Assembly: GCF_009914755.1 (NCBI RefSeq)
Contig: NC_060930.1
Source: the human T2T-CHM13v2.0 reference genome, Homo sapiens
Length of the DNA: 64,000 nt
Strand: one strand, 5' to 3'
The notes below the pieces were generated by a model. The model did no database searches. It saw only the letters and a list, made by a program, of their open reading frames with translations, and was not told where the DNA came from. Of this stretch, positions 1 to 14,160 are shown in pieces. Positions within the stretch are counted from its first letter, which is position 1. Each line of letters starts with the position of its first letter. The position numbers and the translations under genes are program-made.

Positions 1-3000
1 AAGGTAATGGCTTCCAGTTATATACATGTTGCTGCAAAAGACATTTTCCCTTTATTATGGCTGAATATTATCCCATTGTGTATATATACCATATTTTCTT
101 TAGCCAACCACCCATTAATCAACACTTATCTTTTCTATTGTAAGTGATTCCCTATCTTTTCTATTGTAAATAGTGCTGTGATAAACATACAAGTGAAGAT
201 ATATTTTTGATATAATGATTTGTTTTCCTTTGGGTAGATACTCAATAATAGGATTGCTGGGTTGAATGGTAGTTCTGTCTGTAGTCCTTTGAGAAATCTC
301 CATACTGTTTCCATACTGTTGTACAAAGTCACATTCCCCTAGTGTGTAAGTATTCCCTTTTCTCTGCATCCTTGCCAGCATATGTTAATTTTAACTTTTT
401 AATAATAGTCATTCTGACTGGTATAAGATGGTATCTCTTTATGGTCTTAATTTGCATTTCTCTGATGATTAGTGATGTTGAGTGTTTTTTCATATGTTCA
501 CTGATGATTTGCATGTCTTCTCTTTAGAAAGTTTTATTCATATTATTTGACTTCCTTTTATTATTTGTTGGGGGTTATTTGCTGTTTTTTTGTGGTTGAG
601 TTGTTTGAGTTCCTCATAAATTCTGGATATTAGTTTCTTGTCAGCTTTATAGTTCGAATATAATCTCTTCCATTCTGCAGTTTGTCTGTTCACTCTATTG
701 ATTATTTCTTTTGCCATGCAGAAGATTTTTAGTTTAAGTAACTCTATTTTTAGTTTGTATATTTTGGGGTTTTTTGCATGTGCTTTTGAAGTCTTAATTA
801 TGAATTCTTTGCTTAGGCCAATGTCCAGAAGAGTCTTCCCTAGATTTTCTTCTAGTATGTTTGTAATTTCAGATCTTACATTTAAGTCTTTTATCTATCT
901 TGAATCGATTTATGTTTATAGTGACAGATAGGGGTTCTCTTTCATTCTTCTGCATATGGCATTCCAATTTTCCCAGCACTATATATTGAAAGGTATACCA
1001 TTTTCCCAATGTATGTTTTTGTCATTTTTGTTAAAGATTAGTTGGAAGCAGATATGTCACTTTATTTCTGGATTCTCTATTCTGTTCCATTTGTCTAGGT
1101 GTCTATTTTTATACTTGTACCATGCTGTTTTGCCTGCTCCAGCCTTGTATTATAATTTGAAATCAGATAATGTTATGCCTCCAGCTCTGTTCTATTTGCT
1201 TAGGATTACTTCATTATCTGGACTTATTTGAGGTTCCATATGAATTTTAGAATTATTTTTTCTTCTGTGAAAAATGACACTGAGATACTGATAAGGATTG
1301 CATTGAATAAATTCAATGTTTCTTTATTAATTTTGTATCCAACTGATCTGTCTAATGCTGACAGTGTTAAAGTCCACAGCTATGATTGTATTGAAGTGTA
1401 TCTCTCCTGTCACATTAATAATATTTTATTTATATATCTAGATGCTCTGGTGTCAGGTATATTTAGAACTGTTATATCCTCTTGCTGAAGTGATCACTTT
1501 ATCATTATATATCATTATACATAAACGTTTTTGTCTCTTTTGCTGTTTTTGATTTAAAAGTCTCTTTTATCTGATATAAATATAGCTACTCCTGCTTTTT
1601 TCTTGTTCCATTTACATGGAATATCTGTTTCCATCCCTTTACTTTCAGTTTGTGTCTTTACGGATAAGATGAGCTTCTTATTCATACACAGTGTATAATT
1701 GGGTCATTTTTTAATCCTTTCTGTCAATCTATATTCTTTACATGGAAAATTTAATCAATTTATATTCAAGGTAATTATTGATGTGTGAGGGTTTATTTCT
1801 GTCATTTTATTAGTTAGCTTCTGGTTGTTTTGTATATTATTTGTTCCTTTCTTTCTTTTTGTTTTCCATTGTGAGTTGGTTGTTTCCTGTAGTGGTAATC
1901 TTTGAGTCTTTTATCTTTCTTTATGTGTTCATTCTACCAGTGGTTTTTATTTTTGTGTGTTTTAATGATGATAGACACTGTCCTTTCACTTTCAGGTATA
2001 GGATTGGCACATATTTTTAGGACTGGTTCAGTGATAATGAATTCCCTCAGCTGCTGCTTATCGGAAAAAGACTTTATTTATCTTTCATTTATGAAGGATA
2101 ACGTTTCTGGGTATAGTATTCTTGGCTGACAGTTTTTTTTTTTCTTTCAGCATTTTGAAAATATAATTCCATTCTCTCTTGGTCTGTAAGGTTCTGCCTA
2201 GAAATCCACTGTTAGTCTGATAGGGGTTCCCTTATAAGTGACTAGATGCTTTTCTCTTGCTGTTTTTAGAATTTTTTTCCCTGTTTGTGACTTTTGATAG
2301 TTTTACTATAATGTGCCATGCAGAAGACCTTTTTATATTGCATTTATTTGGGAATCTATGAGCCTCCTGTATCTGGATGTCTAACTCTCTTGCTAGATTC
2401 AGGAAGTTTTTATCTATTATTTTGTTAAATAGAATTTCTAACTCTTTCATTTCTCATTGCCTTCTGGGACACTGCAAATGTGAATATTTGATAACTTTCT
2501 GGTTTCCTGTATGTCATCTAGGTTTTGCTCACTCTTTTTTAATCTTTATGTTCATCTGATTTAGTTATTTCAAAAGTCCTGTTGTCAAGTTCTGATATTC
2601 TTTTGTCTGCTTGATGTAGTCTATTGTTGAATCTTTTGAATGTATTTTGTATTTTATTCAATGAATACTTCAGTTCCAGAATTTCTGTTAGCTTCTCTTT
2701 ATGATGTCTTTCTCTTTGGTAGTTTCTTATTTTTATCGTGAATTGTTTTTCTAATTTATTATATTATTAGTATTCTCTTCTATCTCACTGAGCTTCTTAA
2801 ATATCAGTAATTTTTTTTTTCTGGATTTCAAACATTTCTTTTTAACTGGGCTCTGTGGCTGAAGATTATTGTATTTTTTTGTTAAGTGTCATATTTCCTT
2901 TCTTTTTCATCTTTCCTTTGCCCTTACATTAATATCTCCTTATCTGGGTTTAACAGTTGCTTCTTCTAATTTGTTGAATTTGCTTTCATAGGGAAAACAT

Positions 3001-3258
3001 TTTCATGAAGATGTATCTAAGGTGTTGGTTGAGTAGGGCACTTTGGCTTTTATTCTGAGTACATGCAGTAGTATAGTCTGTATGATTTCTTCAGTTGTAA
3101 ATAGTATCATTGGTGTCTTTGATTTCCTTGGTGGTTTAACATGATTGTTAGTGAAGGCTATGGTCAAACTTTGCTGAGGATTGTGACATCAGGTATGCTA
3201 TTCTTTGGGTCTCATTGGTGGTAGTGGTCGGCTGAGTGAGCATTTCCTTAAGCCCCAG

Positions 3259-4132
3259 TGTAGGCAGACGCCCTGAAACTATTGCTACAGAATAAAAGAT
3301 GAAATGCTCCTGATTATTGTAAATATAAAGTTGCATACCGGATTGTTTAAAGATAATGCCAGGTTGGACTGCCAGAATGAGCCAACAGCACGTGATGTGC
3401 TTCCCCCTGCAGAGAGCCTATGAATGGATGTGCAGTCAGGGAAGTTTCACATCACCAAGATTCCTATCCCAGAAAAGCAGATATTTATAGCTCTGGGAGT
3501 GGAATGCAACCTTTGTGGAGAGCCTATAAACGGACACATGGGGGGCGCCTGTCCATATGGATAAGATAGGGCTATAAACGTCCTCATCTTGTCACGGCTC
3601 TTCTAGACCTCTTTAGGGTTAAGGCATACTCCCTTCTGAGAATTTCTGGTCTAACCGGTTGTCTAGCTTCATGTCTTGTTTCTATGGATTGTTTGTAACC
3701 AGCTTTTGCTGCAACTGTTACTGCTGATTAATATCTTGCTAATTGTAGGTTATGGAAAGACTGTGTTTCTATTTTAAGGCTCTGTTAGAAATTACTGATG
3801 CCCACACTATATTGTAAATTCTTATCCCTGTATACTGTACTTCTGCATACAGATGTTATGTTAAAGAATTACTTCATCCCCTTGTGAGCATCTCACCTCA
3901 TAATCAAATGACCCTAAATCCCTCACTAACCTACCCCCGCCCTCACTAAACTTAATAATAAATGCTGGTATATCCAGTGCATGGTTGGCACCATGGGACC
4001 AGAAGGCAGTGACCTCCCTGGACCCAGTTTTCACTATCTTGTGTGTGTCTATTATTTCTCGACTTGATGATCCACCTGAGAACAAAGAGAGAGCCCCGTT
4101 GCATTGCGGGCTGCTGGCCAGATCCCGCAATA
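3259..4132 (+). mobile_element. Solo ERVK-class LTR (MER11D-like)
   Basis: 874 bp, starts TGT and ends GCAATA. Perfect 6-bp TSD CCCCAG at 3253-3258 and 4133-4138, the length typical of class II/HERV-K integrase. AATAAA near 3957. The family is inferred from length, TSD and the MER11-like ...ATA end. Confidence 0.8.
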
Positions 4133-4296
4133 CCCCAGGGCAGCGTATACTTGTACCAGTGTTGGTGGGTCTAGGCAGAAAAATTATTAGGTCTCCAGGT
4201 GGCTTGCTCAGACATCAGGAATGGCAGTGGTGGGCCAGTGGGTAGGTAAATTCTTGAGCCCCTGGGCAGTAGGTGTGGCATGGTCACTAGCAGTAG

Positions 4297-4956
4297 TGTG
4301 GCAGGCCAGGTCTCACTAACTCAGGCCTCCATTACAACTGTCCCAGCACTTACTAAGTAGCTAGGTTAAACATTAAAAGCTGATTGAACCAGTGTCTTTA
4401 TATAAAGGCTGGAATGTAACAAAAGACCATAGAAAGTTGTGCCTAGGCATTTCCTGGGCCTTAAAGCATGACAAAATAACAAAGGAGTTCTTAACAGGAC
4501 TCATTTAGGATTAAACAAGTTTTATTAGGGGTCTGAAGAAACTCCCCAGGCCCCCACAAACAAGTTTATTGGAGATCTGAAGGAACTCCCCAAACCTCCA
4601 TGATTTAGCAGGAGTCAAGATAAGGGTAATCACCCCAGCACCTGGATGCATTTAAATTAAGTAAACTTACTGAGGATCCAGAAGAAGGTCTTCAGGGCTC
4701 TGGCCTTAGTTATAGATTAAAAGAAGTTAATCACTTATGTCTTTAGACAAATGCACACTTACACATAGATGTATAACTTAGAAGGTATATGAGCTCTGGA
4801 GAACTTTGTAATTTTGAGTTGGTCTGGTGATAATTTCCAGGCCTTTTCCCTGTAACTGGTTACAGAAATAAAAACTGTCTTCCTTCCCAGTTCATCTGCA
4901 TCTCATTATTGGGCCATAAGAAATAGCAGCCCGACCCTCAGTTTGGTCCGGGAACA
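4297..4956 (+). mobile_element. Solo ERV1 LTR (PABL_A-like)
   Basis: 660 bp with TG...CA termini and 4-bp TSD GTAG (4293-4296, 4957-4960). AATAAA near 4867 and an internal ~45-bp direct repeat. Begins TGTGGCAGGCCAGGTCTCACTAAC, as I recall for PABL_A. Confidence 0.8.
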
Positions 4957-7900
4957 GTAGCAGTGGTAGGATAATCCTCTGAGGCCCAAGCAGTCTGCTG
5001 TGGTGTTGTCAGTGGCTGCGATAGGCTGTGTGGGCCAGTCCCAATTCTGTGGGTGGCATGTGTGTGTGGGTGTCAGCTGTGGATACACACAGGTTGCATG
5101 AATCTGATTTCAGATCTTGGGATGAGTTCTCAGGTGCCAATCGTAGTGGACTTGGCTGGGCCATCCTCAGGGCCCTGGATAGCATGTTCTGCTATTGGGG
5201 GGTGCAGAGCCAGGCCAGGTAGACCTGCCTTCAGGATTCCAGGTGGTACCTGCAGTCAGGCACTAGCTGTGATAGGCAGGAGTGAAGTGATCCTCAGGCT
5301 TCTGGTGGAAGCAGCAGTGCCTGTGCTGTGGCCCTGCTGCTAGTGCTACTAGGGAGGGCAGGGTTTTCTTAAGTGGGAGCAGCCATGGGCAGGCAGCTAT
5401 AGGGCCTGCACTTCACTTGCACCTCAGCCCCACAGAATCTTGAATTTTTTCCTCAGGGCATGTAAAAATACATGACTGTCCCTCTGTTGAGCGGGGTGGG
5501 GTCACTGCCAATGGCTCCTGCCTCAGCCCCGTTGCAGTAGCTGTGGGTGGAGAATGTTCATGGGGATCCAGGGATGTGGAGATTCAGGACAGGTTGGGAC
5601 CCAGGGTAGGAGGCAGTTTGATGAAAGCTGGGCTCTTACAATGGTGCTGCGCTGCAGCTGCTCAAGACTCTGGGATTTGTGGGACTCAACCTGAGCTCCC
5701 TCTCTGGAGCAATGCCATTGCACTATCTTCAGGCAGCTGCCTATGATAGTCTTAGGGCCTACAAGGGTTGGGGGGATCTCCCCTGGCTAAAATCATGGGA
5801 ATCTGCAGTGAGAATGTAGATCACTACCCTCTTCTTACATTAGGGATCCTTTCCAGGCTCTCAGCTGATCCTGGTCCAACAAGTTGCCTTACTTCCCTCT
5901 CCTTCCTTGTAGGCCTTATATCTTTAAGGTGCAGTTTCTTATGAAACAAAGAGTATTATGAGATTTCTCTAGGATAAAACATGAAGTGTTTGCTCTTTGC
6001 TGAGTTAATTGTAAAGGGGAATGCAGAATGCTGGTACCTACTGGATATACCATGTCTCTTTATGTATAAAAGATAAGGGAACAGCTGGACTAGTCTCTCT
6101 ACCTCAATTTACTTCACAAAAATATGGTTTTCAGCTTTTGAGAAAGCCTATTTTCCTTTAGTACACATTGTCCTGTACAAATTTAAGAATAAGAAGATAT
6201 TGCCATTTGTACCTTAGAATCAGTTATATCTACACACTGGCTTTAATATATTGAAAAATGTATTTTTTATATTGTGAGCATTCACAGTAAACAGCTGAAG
6301 TAAAGAGCTATGGTGACTTCAGAACATGTCGCCTTCTTAAACTTTGTGATTTGATCTTATGCCATCTTGGCAATATTTTCTGCATTATGTTGTTAATTTT
6401 TGTGACAATAGGCATATTTCACATTAACATATTTCACGTAAACTGGAATTGGATTAAATGATTAAAACACCATTAACACTGTCATCTACTGACTAGCCAG
6501 TTAGCAAGTTACCAGCAACACATTCAGAAGATTAGGTCTAGGAAATCAAATAGCTATTACTAGGCATAACAGAACCAAAGGCAAACATTCACATTTCTTT
6601 ATATAACCAGGTCATAGGTTGTTTCTGTCAACTGAAATGTTTTTCCTGCTAAGCCCATGGCTATTGTCTTTGCTTCCAGGTCTCATCTTTGTTACCTCCC
6701 CTGTAGCACCTTCCTCAACCATACTAGCTAAGTTAGCCTCACATCCCTGTTATTCTCAATCATGGCACCTTTATTGCTTGTTTCTTTTATATTAGTATCA
6801 CAAGTAGTAATACTAAATATATGTTTGTTTAGTTTTTGTTCATCTGTGTTTCCAACTTGCAAACTTTGTTAATGGAAAAACACTTTCAATTAACAGAGTA
6901 GATATCTAGCATGGTAGTATCTGCTTCATAATAGACAAACAATAAATATTTAATAAGTGAGTGGACAAATACATGTGTATATGTTCTTCAAAAAACCTGT
7001 AAGAATAGACAATAATCTCTATTTGTGGAGTTTTAATTCATTTTCATTTTTATCTTTATGGATTTCTGCATTTTTTTAGATTTTCTATATAAAAATATAT
7101 TTATCATAATAAAATTTTCAGGCTTTAAAAATAGGAAAAGCAGATAAATAAAAATGAATACAATTAATAAATTAAAAATAAAATAAAATCAATAAAATAT
7201 ATAAATAAAATAAAAAATACATAAATAAAATTAATCTCCAAAAGAAAAAACAAAATTTAAAGAAATTATAGTATTTTGAAAGCAATTATTATATAGCAGT
7301 GATCATAAATTATATATTTCCTGACTAAAAGATTAAATCCATTATTAAGCTGAACCAAGTTTCATAGTAGAGTGATCCCTCTCTGTACATTTTCTGTATT
7401 GCCTTTTTTTGGCTCCTAGAAATAAGATAATTCTTCCCAAATAGTCCTTGATATCACTGAAAATTTGACAATTTATTATTAAAGCACAAAAGCTAATACT
7501 CTGCTGATGTTGTGTCAAGAAAATCAACACAATGAATAATTCCAGCTCTAAAATGGTATTATATCCTGCTAGTATGTGATAAGGCTAAAGACCTAGAAGA
7601 ATCTAGGACAAATTGCAACTAAATCCCCACCCAACCACTTTCCTCCACCCATTTCCCATAAAACCTGCCCCAGGAACACTTGTCCATTTTTCTTCAAATC
7701 ATTTGTCAGATTCCCCCAGTGAACTCCTGAGTATTTGAATACTCAAACATGAGAAAGATTAAGCAAATGTGGTTTTAATATTGGCTTGGCAAATCACATA
7801 TGAAGAAAAATAGAAAGGGTCATTCTGAAAATTAATCACAGATTATTGGGTAGCAAACAGTACAATGCCACACTTAACTTTAGTTGAGCCAGACAGAGCA

Positions 7901-10854
7901 CAAATATTTGACTTTTTAAATCGACAGTGATACAGAGTCTAGAGACATATGGAAGAAAAATTGCTCAGTTTTCGGTCCTCTTTTTTTTGCCTACTATTGC
8001 TGTCAGGGTAGACACTGGTGATTTATTTTAAGCTGAATTTCACTCAATCAGCAAGAAGCCATAAATTAATGTTAAGATAATACACATTATGCTGAGCAAA
8101 TTACTTTCAAATCAATGAGATCAATGAGTATGTTGTAACTGATATGTCTTAATTATCAATATTTCTGTTCATGTCACTTTCAGTTTTCCATTACATACCA
8201 CATATCCTATTTCAAACCAAATGCATCTTAAATCAAGCTAAAAATATTTAAACATTTTAGGATAGATGTTCTCCACTGACTTTTATTAATAAGTTACAGG
8301 CACTGAAAACCAAAAGAAGCAAGTCCATGTGTACTATGTCTACATGTTTGATATAGTTTATGGCAAAAACTAAATATTTTCTGATTAGGCCATTTTTTTT
8401 TATTTTCAAGTTTCTTTATATCCTAAGCCAGCTCTTCCAAGATGTGGAATATTTCCAAAGTTACTATAGGCATGCTCTTCTGTGAAAGTATTTCTTTCCT
8501 ATAAAATGAGCCAATAGTGATTCTTCAGTCTTTCATGATGAAAGCAGCACTGAGAACCATTCTTTACAACCTGTCTCCTACAAGAGAAGAGAGAAAAGAT
8601 AAGAGACAAAACTATTAGAGTCCTGTAAACCAAATATTCTTTTATGATGTGTTCTATTCAGCATCAGTTAAGCGAAACTCACACTGAAGACTACCAAGGG
8701 GAAAAGAAAGCATTCTTCTTGCCTGGAAATTAAGCTATCTTATGCCAGATATATGAGGAATGTATTCTCTACCAGGAGAAGAACAAACTCAGAAATTCAC
8801 AAGTCATTATTGTTACCTAACTTTACAATGGATTTCAATTCTTCCTAAGAAGGATGTGTTCTTTGTATCCTCACATATTCAGTCAGATTTATTCCCACTG
8901 GGTCTGTAGTAGCCAAATCTTGCCTTTTGAACTTCTAAAATAGTTTCTTATAAGTATTTTTCAACTTCCTTAACTGCAGAATTTCCTTTTCAAATGCTAG
9001 AATGTTCCCATTTTAGGATTGCGTGCTACTCTATCTTCACTGATAGTAGTTCAAAATAAAAACTTGTTATTTGTCTAAAGTCTTTGACTAAAGAAGAAGA
9101 AATATCGAGAAAAGAGTATTTGCATCTGACATCACCAAATTACTAAAGGCCAACATTTGTATCTGTTAGATAACTCATTTATCTTTCACTTACATATTAC
9201 TGTAAGCAAAATATATCAACACATGTTTGATCAGGAGATTGAGAAATATTTACTTTACTGGGATAAGTCAGGGTAAATACTCTTTGACTAAAATATTGGC
9301 TCAAAAACATGTATCTTGGAATAGTTCCAGATTTTGGAGAAAATTAATTTATCAGAGAATATCCATGCTTTCTCAGGTACAGATTTTCATTAGGAGGAAT
9401 TTAATATATTCCAAGAGCTTTTGTCCCCTATTAAGAGTTACATGTTAGCATCAGGTTTCATGGGCCCTCCTCAACATACACAAAAAGGCAGTTAGTATCA
9501 CTTAGTAGTTACCCAATGAGGTTAGAGCTGATTATTCTCTTCCTCAAAGAGGAGATTAAACTCTTTCATAGATAAAAAGCCACAATGACAAAAAAAAATC
9601 TATATATGAGCAATGTTACACAGTCTTAGAGCTCTTTACAACAGTAAGCTTTAATGCCAATCCCCTTCAAAAAAAAGGGAGTGGGTTAGATTTCTTACCT
9701 GCTCAGTTCACTTTGTTTAATGCTAAATTCCCACCATTTAATCCAAAATAATATAGTTGCAGTCCTTTTTATTTAGTGAAAAACCTTAAATGGTTCCCAT
9801 TAGAAATTTATATATGTGTATGTATTAACACCTAAACTACAATTTTCCTGTATTGTTTCCAAACTACTTCCTTACTTGTGACATAATTCCTCCTGCTTCC
9901 TTTTGGTATGAATAAGAAGACACTGGTAGCAAGGCCCTAGGCCAGTGCCTCATGTTTCTGAATGGACTCAGCCCTGAGCATTGTGGGAGACATAATCTGA
10001 CAGGGTACCAAATACCTTGGGAAAAGTTGTTAACTATGGACAGGGAACAAGGACTACTTAGGTTTCACACAGGCATCCAGTAAATCATTATTAAAACCCG
10101 CTGGTACAAAGAACTTAAAATTTTTAATTTATGTCCTAGTTTGACCTTATTAGTTTATAAATATTGGCATGTCACCTGTCTCCATTCTTCTGTTTTTTCA
10201 TTTTTCAATTACAAAGACATGTGTTCTGCCTGCGCCCCGTAGACATTCGGCACACCTGGGCCCCTGTTGCAACCTCTGGGCTGTTGTTAACATATAAGGA
10301 GATCATGTTCCCAAAAGTATTAGGAAAATAATTAAGTGCTATACCAGTGCAAGTGGGATTTTTTCCCACAAGTCACTGTGCTAGGTGCTATGATAGATAC
10401 AAGGAATTCACAACCTAGCAAGGAAGATAATGCAGGTATTGAGGGGGTGATACAAAATAATTAGCAGTACATGGGAACCAACCAGTCATAGAGTGCCAGG
10501 GAATACCACCTAAATATCAGTCCTAAATGTCATATCAAAACAATGTATTATAAAGCACAAAGAGAAAGATCTTGATTCTTATTATGTTCATACTGTTTGT
10601 GATCTACTCTTTCATAAGTTATATATTGTCACTTCTATATTATAATGGCTGAATTCAAGCTTGCAGACAAAGGGTAAAGAACTAGTCTTTCTAGCTAACA
10701 CCTGCTAGTCAATGGTCCAATTCAGCAGTATTCCATCTCTGTTTGTATAGCAATGTCTATTTGTGTAGTTAATAAAATATTCAACTGCATTTTGACTTAC
10801 TGTTTTATACAAGTGGTAAAATATATAAAAAGAAACTAAAATTAGGAAGCATTG

Positions 10855-11208
<354 letters not shown>

Positions 11209-11357
11209 TTATCACATGTGCAAAAATTTTAAATTATAGTTTAGACATCTATAAAATAAACTGTCTTAGAAAATTAAGACAATAAACCAGATACTCAACT
11301 GTTAAATAAGAGAATAACATGCTTGGAAAATATTATCAAGATCATCATGTACTAATT

Positions 11358-11455
11358 AACTATATTATAAATTTTATTTATAATATACTTATAATAACTA
11401 TATAGTTATTATAATATGAAACTATATTATAAATAGTAAAATTTATAATATAGTT
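11358..11455. repeat. Nested AT-rich inverted repeat
   Basis: 19-bp outer arms at 11358-11376 and 11437-11455, with a perfect 26-bp central palindrome at 11389-11414. Confidence 0.85.
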
Positions 11456-13689
11456 GGCACATTGGGAATGAAACATTTAATCCTGTTTTTTGACTTCTAG
11501 TACCATTGATTTTTTAACATGTTTTCAATAATGCATTGTGTGTAAAAGTAGGAGAAAACTGATAGAAAAGTGTTGTGACAATTGGCAACAGAAATACATT
11601 TATAGATGGGAGGATAAAAGCTAAGTCTCAGAAAAGAACTAGAATTCGAACTTATGAAAATGAGGAGGACATTCTGGGTGGAGAGAGCTACTTAATCAAA
11701 AGTTTTAAGGTGGAAAAATACAGGGCATATATGAGGAACAGTCAGTCCCTGTTCCTGACAAGAGAAGGTGATGCTTTCTGGAACAAATCAAAAATAGAAA
11801 ATTATAGTTAAGAAGTTAGAAATAGCTGCAAAATAGCAAATAAGATTTCAAAAACTCATCCTATCTTTTGTAACCATTCTTTTCGTTCCTGCCTACATAT
11901 GTATCTTTTCCTGCAGCAAAAGACATTGACCGTCAAAACACATGCTCAGATGTTCACTTTCAGCTTAGAAATATGATACTTAATTTGAGCAGGAGAAATT
12001 TAGGGGACTCAAGTCCAAAACACTGGGACCAGCATCAAGTTACTCTGGGTATTAATGCATAAACACTTGCCATTTGTAAAATAAGTAAATTGTGAATCTT
12101 AATTTTGGCCTTCTGAACTGGCTCCTGCAAGTTGGGTCTCAATGGTAACATGAACCTGTCTTATTCCATGGTCAGAGTCACTTTTTTGATTACTTTCCTA
12201 CTATAACCTGACTAGTGCTCCAAACCACTGGAACAGAGTTAGAATAGAGTTGTGTTTTTCCCTTTGTGCAGCTCAGCAATTTAGATCCTGTTACATGAAT
12301 CACGGTTTTTATAGTACCAACTGCCTTTCTGTACCCAAGGATCTCTGACTATCACAGACTCTTAGATTCCCATAGCTTTTCTTTGCAAATTTGTTGACCC
12401 CCAGTTGTTCTCACTTGCTTGGTCATTGTGACCATTGCCTGGTCCTGAATCTACCATATTCTTTCTGTTCTGGCCTTTTTTCTGGGGACGATCACCGTTA
12501 ATTCAGTCCAGTACTATGTCTTACTGCCCTAAACTGCTACAATTAATAGGGGTCATTTTCAGCCATGAACTAACAGATGATATATGTCTTCCTCCCTTTT
12601 TCTAACTTTTTGTATTTTAAAAAAATATAGTGAACACATTGTACCTTTTTTTTGAAGTTTCCTTGATAAACTACTAACCTCTTGCTATTTTTAGGAAAGA
12701 CACTAAAATTACACTTACCCTTTAAAAAAAGGTTGTTGAGATGTGAACAAATGTATATCATTCAAACAAATGTATATCAATAAAAGAATCAGAAGCTGGG
12801 TTTTCAGATCACTGCCACTGGATGGCACATTGCTCTGTCAGTGACAGGACAGTTTCTGCACTTGTGTTTCCGGGGACAGTCCTTACTCAGAGTGCAGAGG
12901 TGGACATAATTGATTGCATGTGTTTTACAAGTACATGATCATACTGCAGGGAGGGAGGGTGAGTCAGTTGCTTGACCAAATTACTGAACCTACTCTAGCT
13001 GAAGGACAGAGAGTAGGCACTAAGAGCGCAGCAAAGAGAGTAAGACATACTGCCTCCTTCCACAAACATTCAAGAGTTGTGACTGGCAATCCTGGCTGAG
13101 GATCAAGGTTAGCTTGGAAGCTTTTAAAAGCAACAGATGCCCAGGCTATAACCCGAGAGTCTTGGAGTAAGGGTAGAAATTGTGACAATAAGTCAGAGTT
13201 GAGATTCATTGCTTTATGGTCAAATTGGGGAGTAAGCAAAGATTTATGTAATCAACATTCAAAGACAGGTTAATATGCACACCAGCCTGCAATGTTTGGT
13301 TTGAACAAAAACAAAACATGTGGGAGTTTAGGGAATTCTACTGTATAGATTGCCATTTGTTGTTCTTCATATCAGTTCAGAATTATCCAAACATTGTATA
13401 AATTAATAAATTCCAAAAAAATAAAATAAAATTTTAAAAACCTCAATTTTTTAAAATTACACATTTCAGAGCCCTACCATGGCCCCACTGCACCACAGTT
13501 TTCAAGAAAAGACCCTGGGAAACTGAATTTTCACAAGTGTCCCGAGGATTCTTATCATCAAGGAAGACTGGAAAACACTGATCTGGATACTGAAGATGCG
13601 GGACTTTGAATGGTCTGTTATATGGGGCTTGTGTGCAGGTGACAAGCACATCATGACCCATAAAATCGTGAGTGGCATACCTGAGCATG

Positions 13690-14160
13690 AAGTTCTTCCA
13701 TCACTTGTACTGCAGTCACTCAGACCCCTCACACTCCGTCGACTATTCCAATCCCATTCCTACTTCAGGGACTTTGCACTTGCTCTTGCCTAGTCAGCAA
13801 ACTCTTTTCCTAACTCTTCAAGTGATTAAATTCTATTCATCTTTTGCTACATTCTCAAAATAGTCTTCCCAGCTCTGCTCAGTTAAACCAGGTTTCCTGT
13901 TAAAGTCTCCTTGCGCTTTTTACTTTTCTTTATAATAATCATTGCTTTCGTGGTTATCATAATCTTGTGATAATGTTTTGGTATCTGTCTCCTGCACTAA
14001 ACAGTAAGTTCCTTTGTGGTAGGGCATTATTCAGATGTTCACAACAGTATCCCCAGTTTATTGCCACAGCCAGTCTCATTAAAGACCTTATAAGAATGTG
14101 TTGAGTATATGAATAAACAAATGCGTACATCAACAAATGAATACATGAATGAATAAAAGT
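13690..14160 (+). mobile_element. L2 3' fragment
   Basis: CACTTGCTCTTGCC... body ending in TGTGTTGAG...ATGAATACATGAATGAAT, the typical L2 tail. Confidence 0.55.

Larger units (their letters stand above)
1..5900 (-). mobile_element. Old LINE-1 (L1MA/L1M-like), runs off the window start, internally deleted and interrupted by two LTRs
   Basis: Minus-strand ORF2 C-terminal peptides (329..514 [28 protein letters not shown]; 135..332 [20 protein letters not shown]). Endonuclease-region sequence at about 1310-1700, an ORF1-like peptide (2232..2450 KNFLNLARELDIQIQEAHRFP) and GC-richer 5' region at about 3100-5900. The end coordinate is approximate. Confidence 0.85.
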
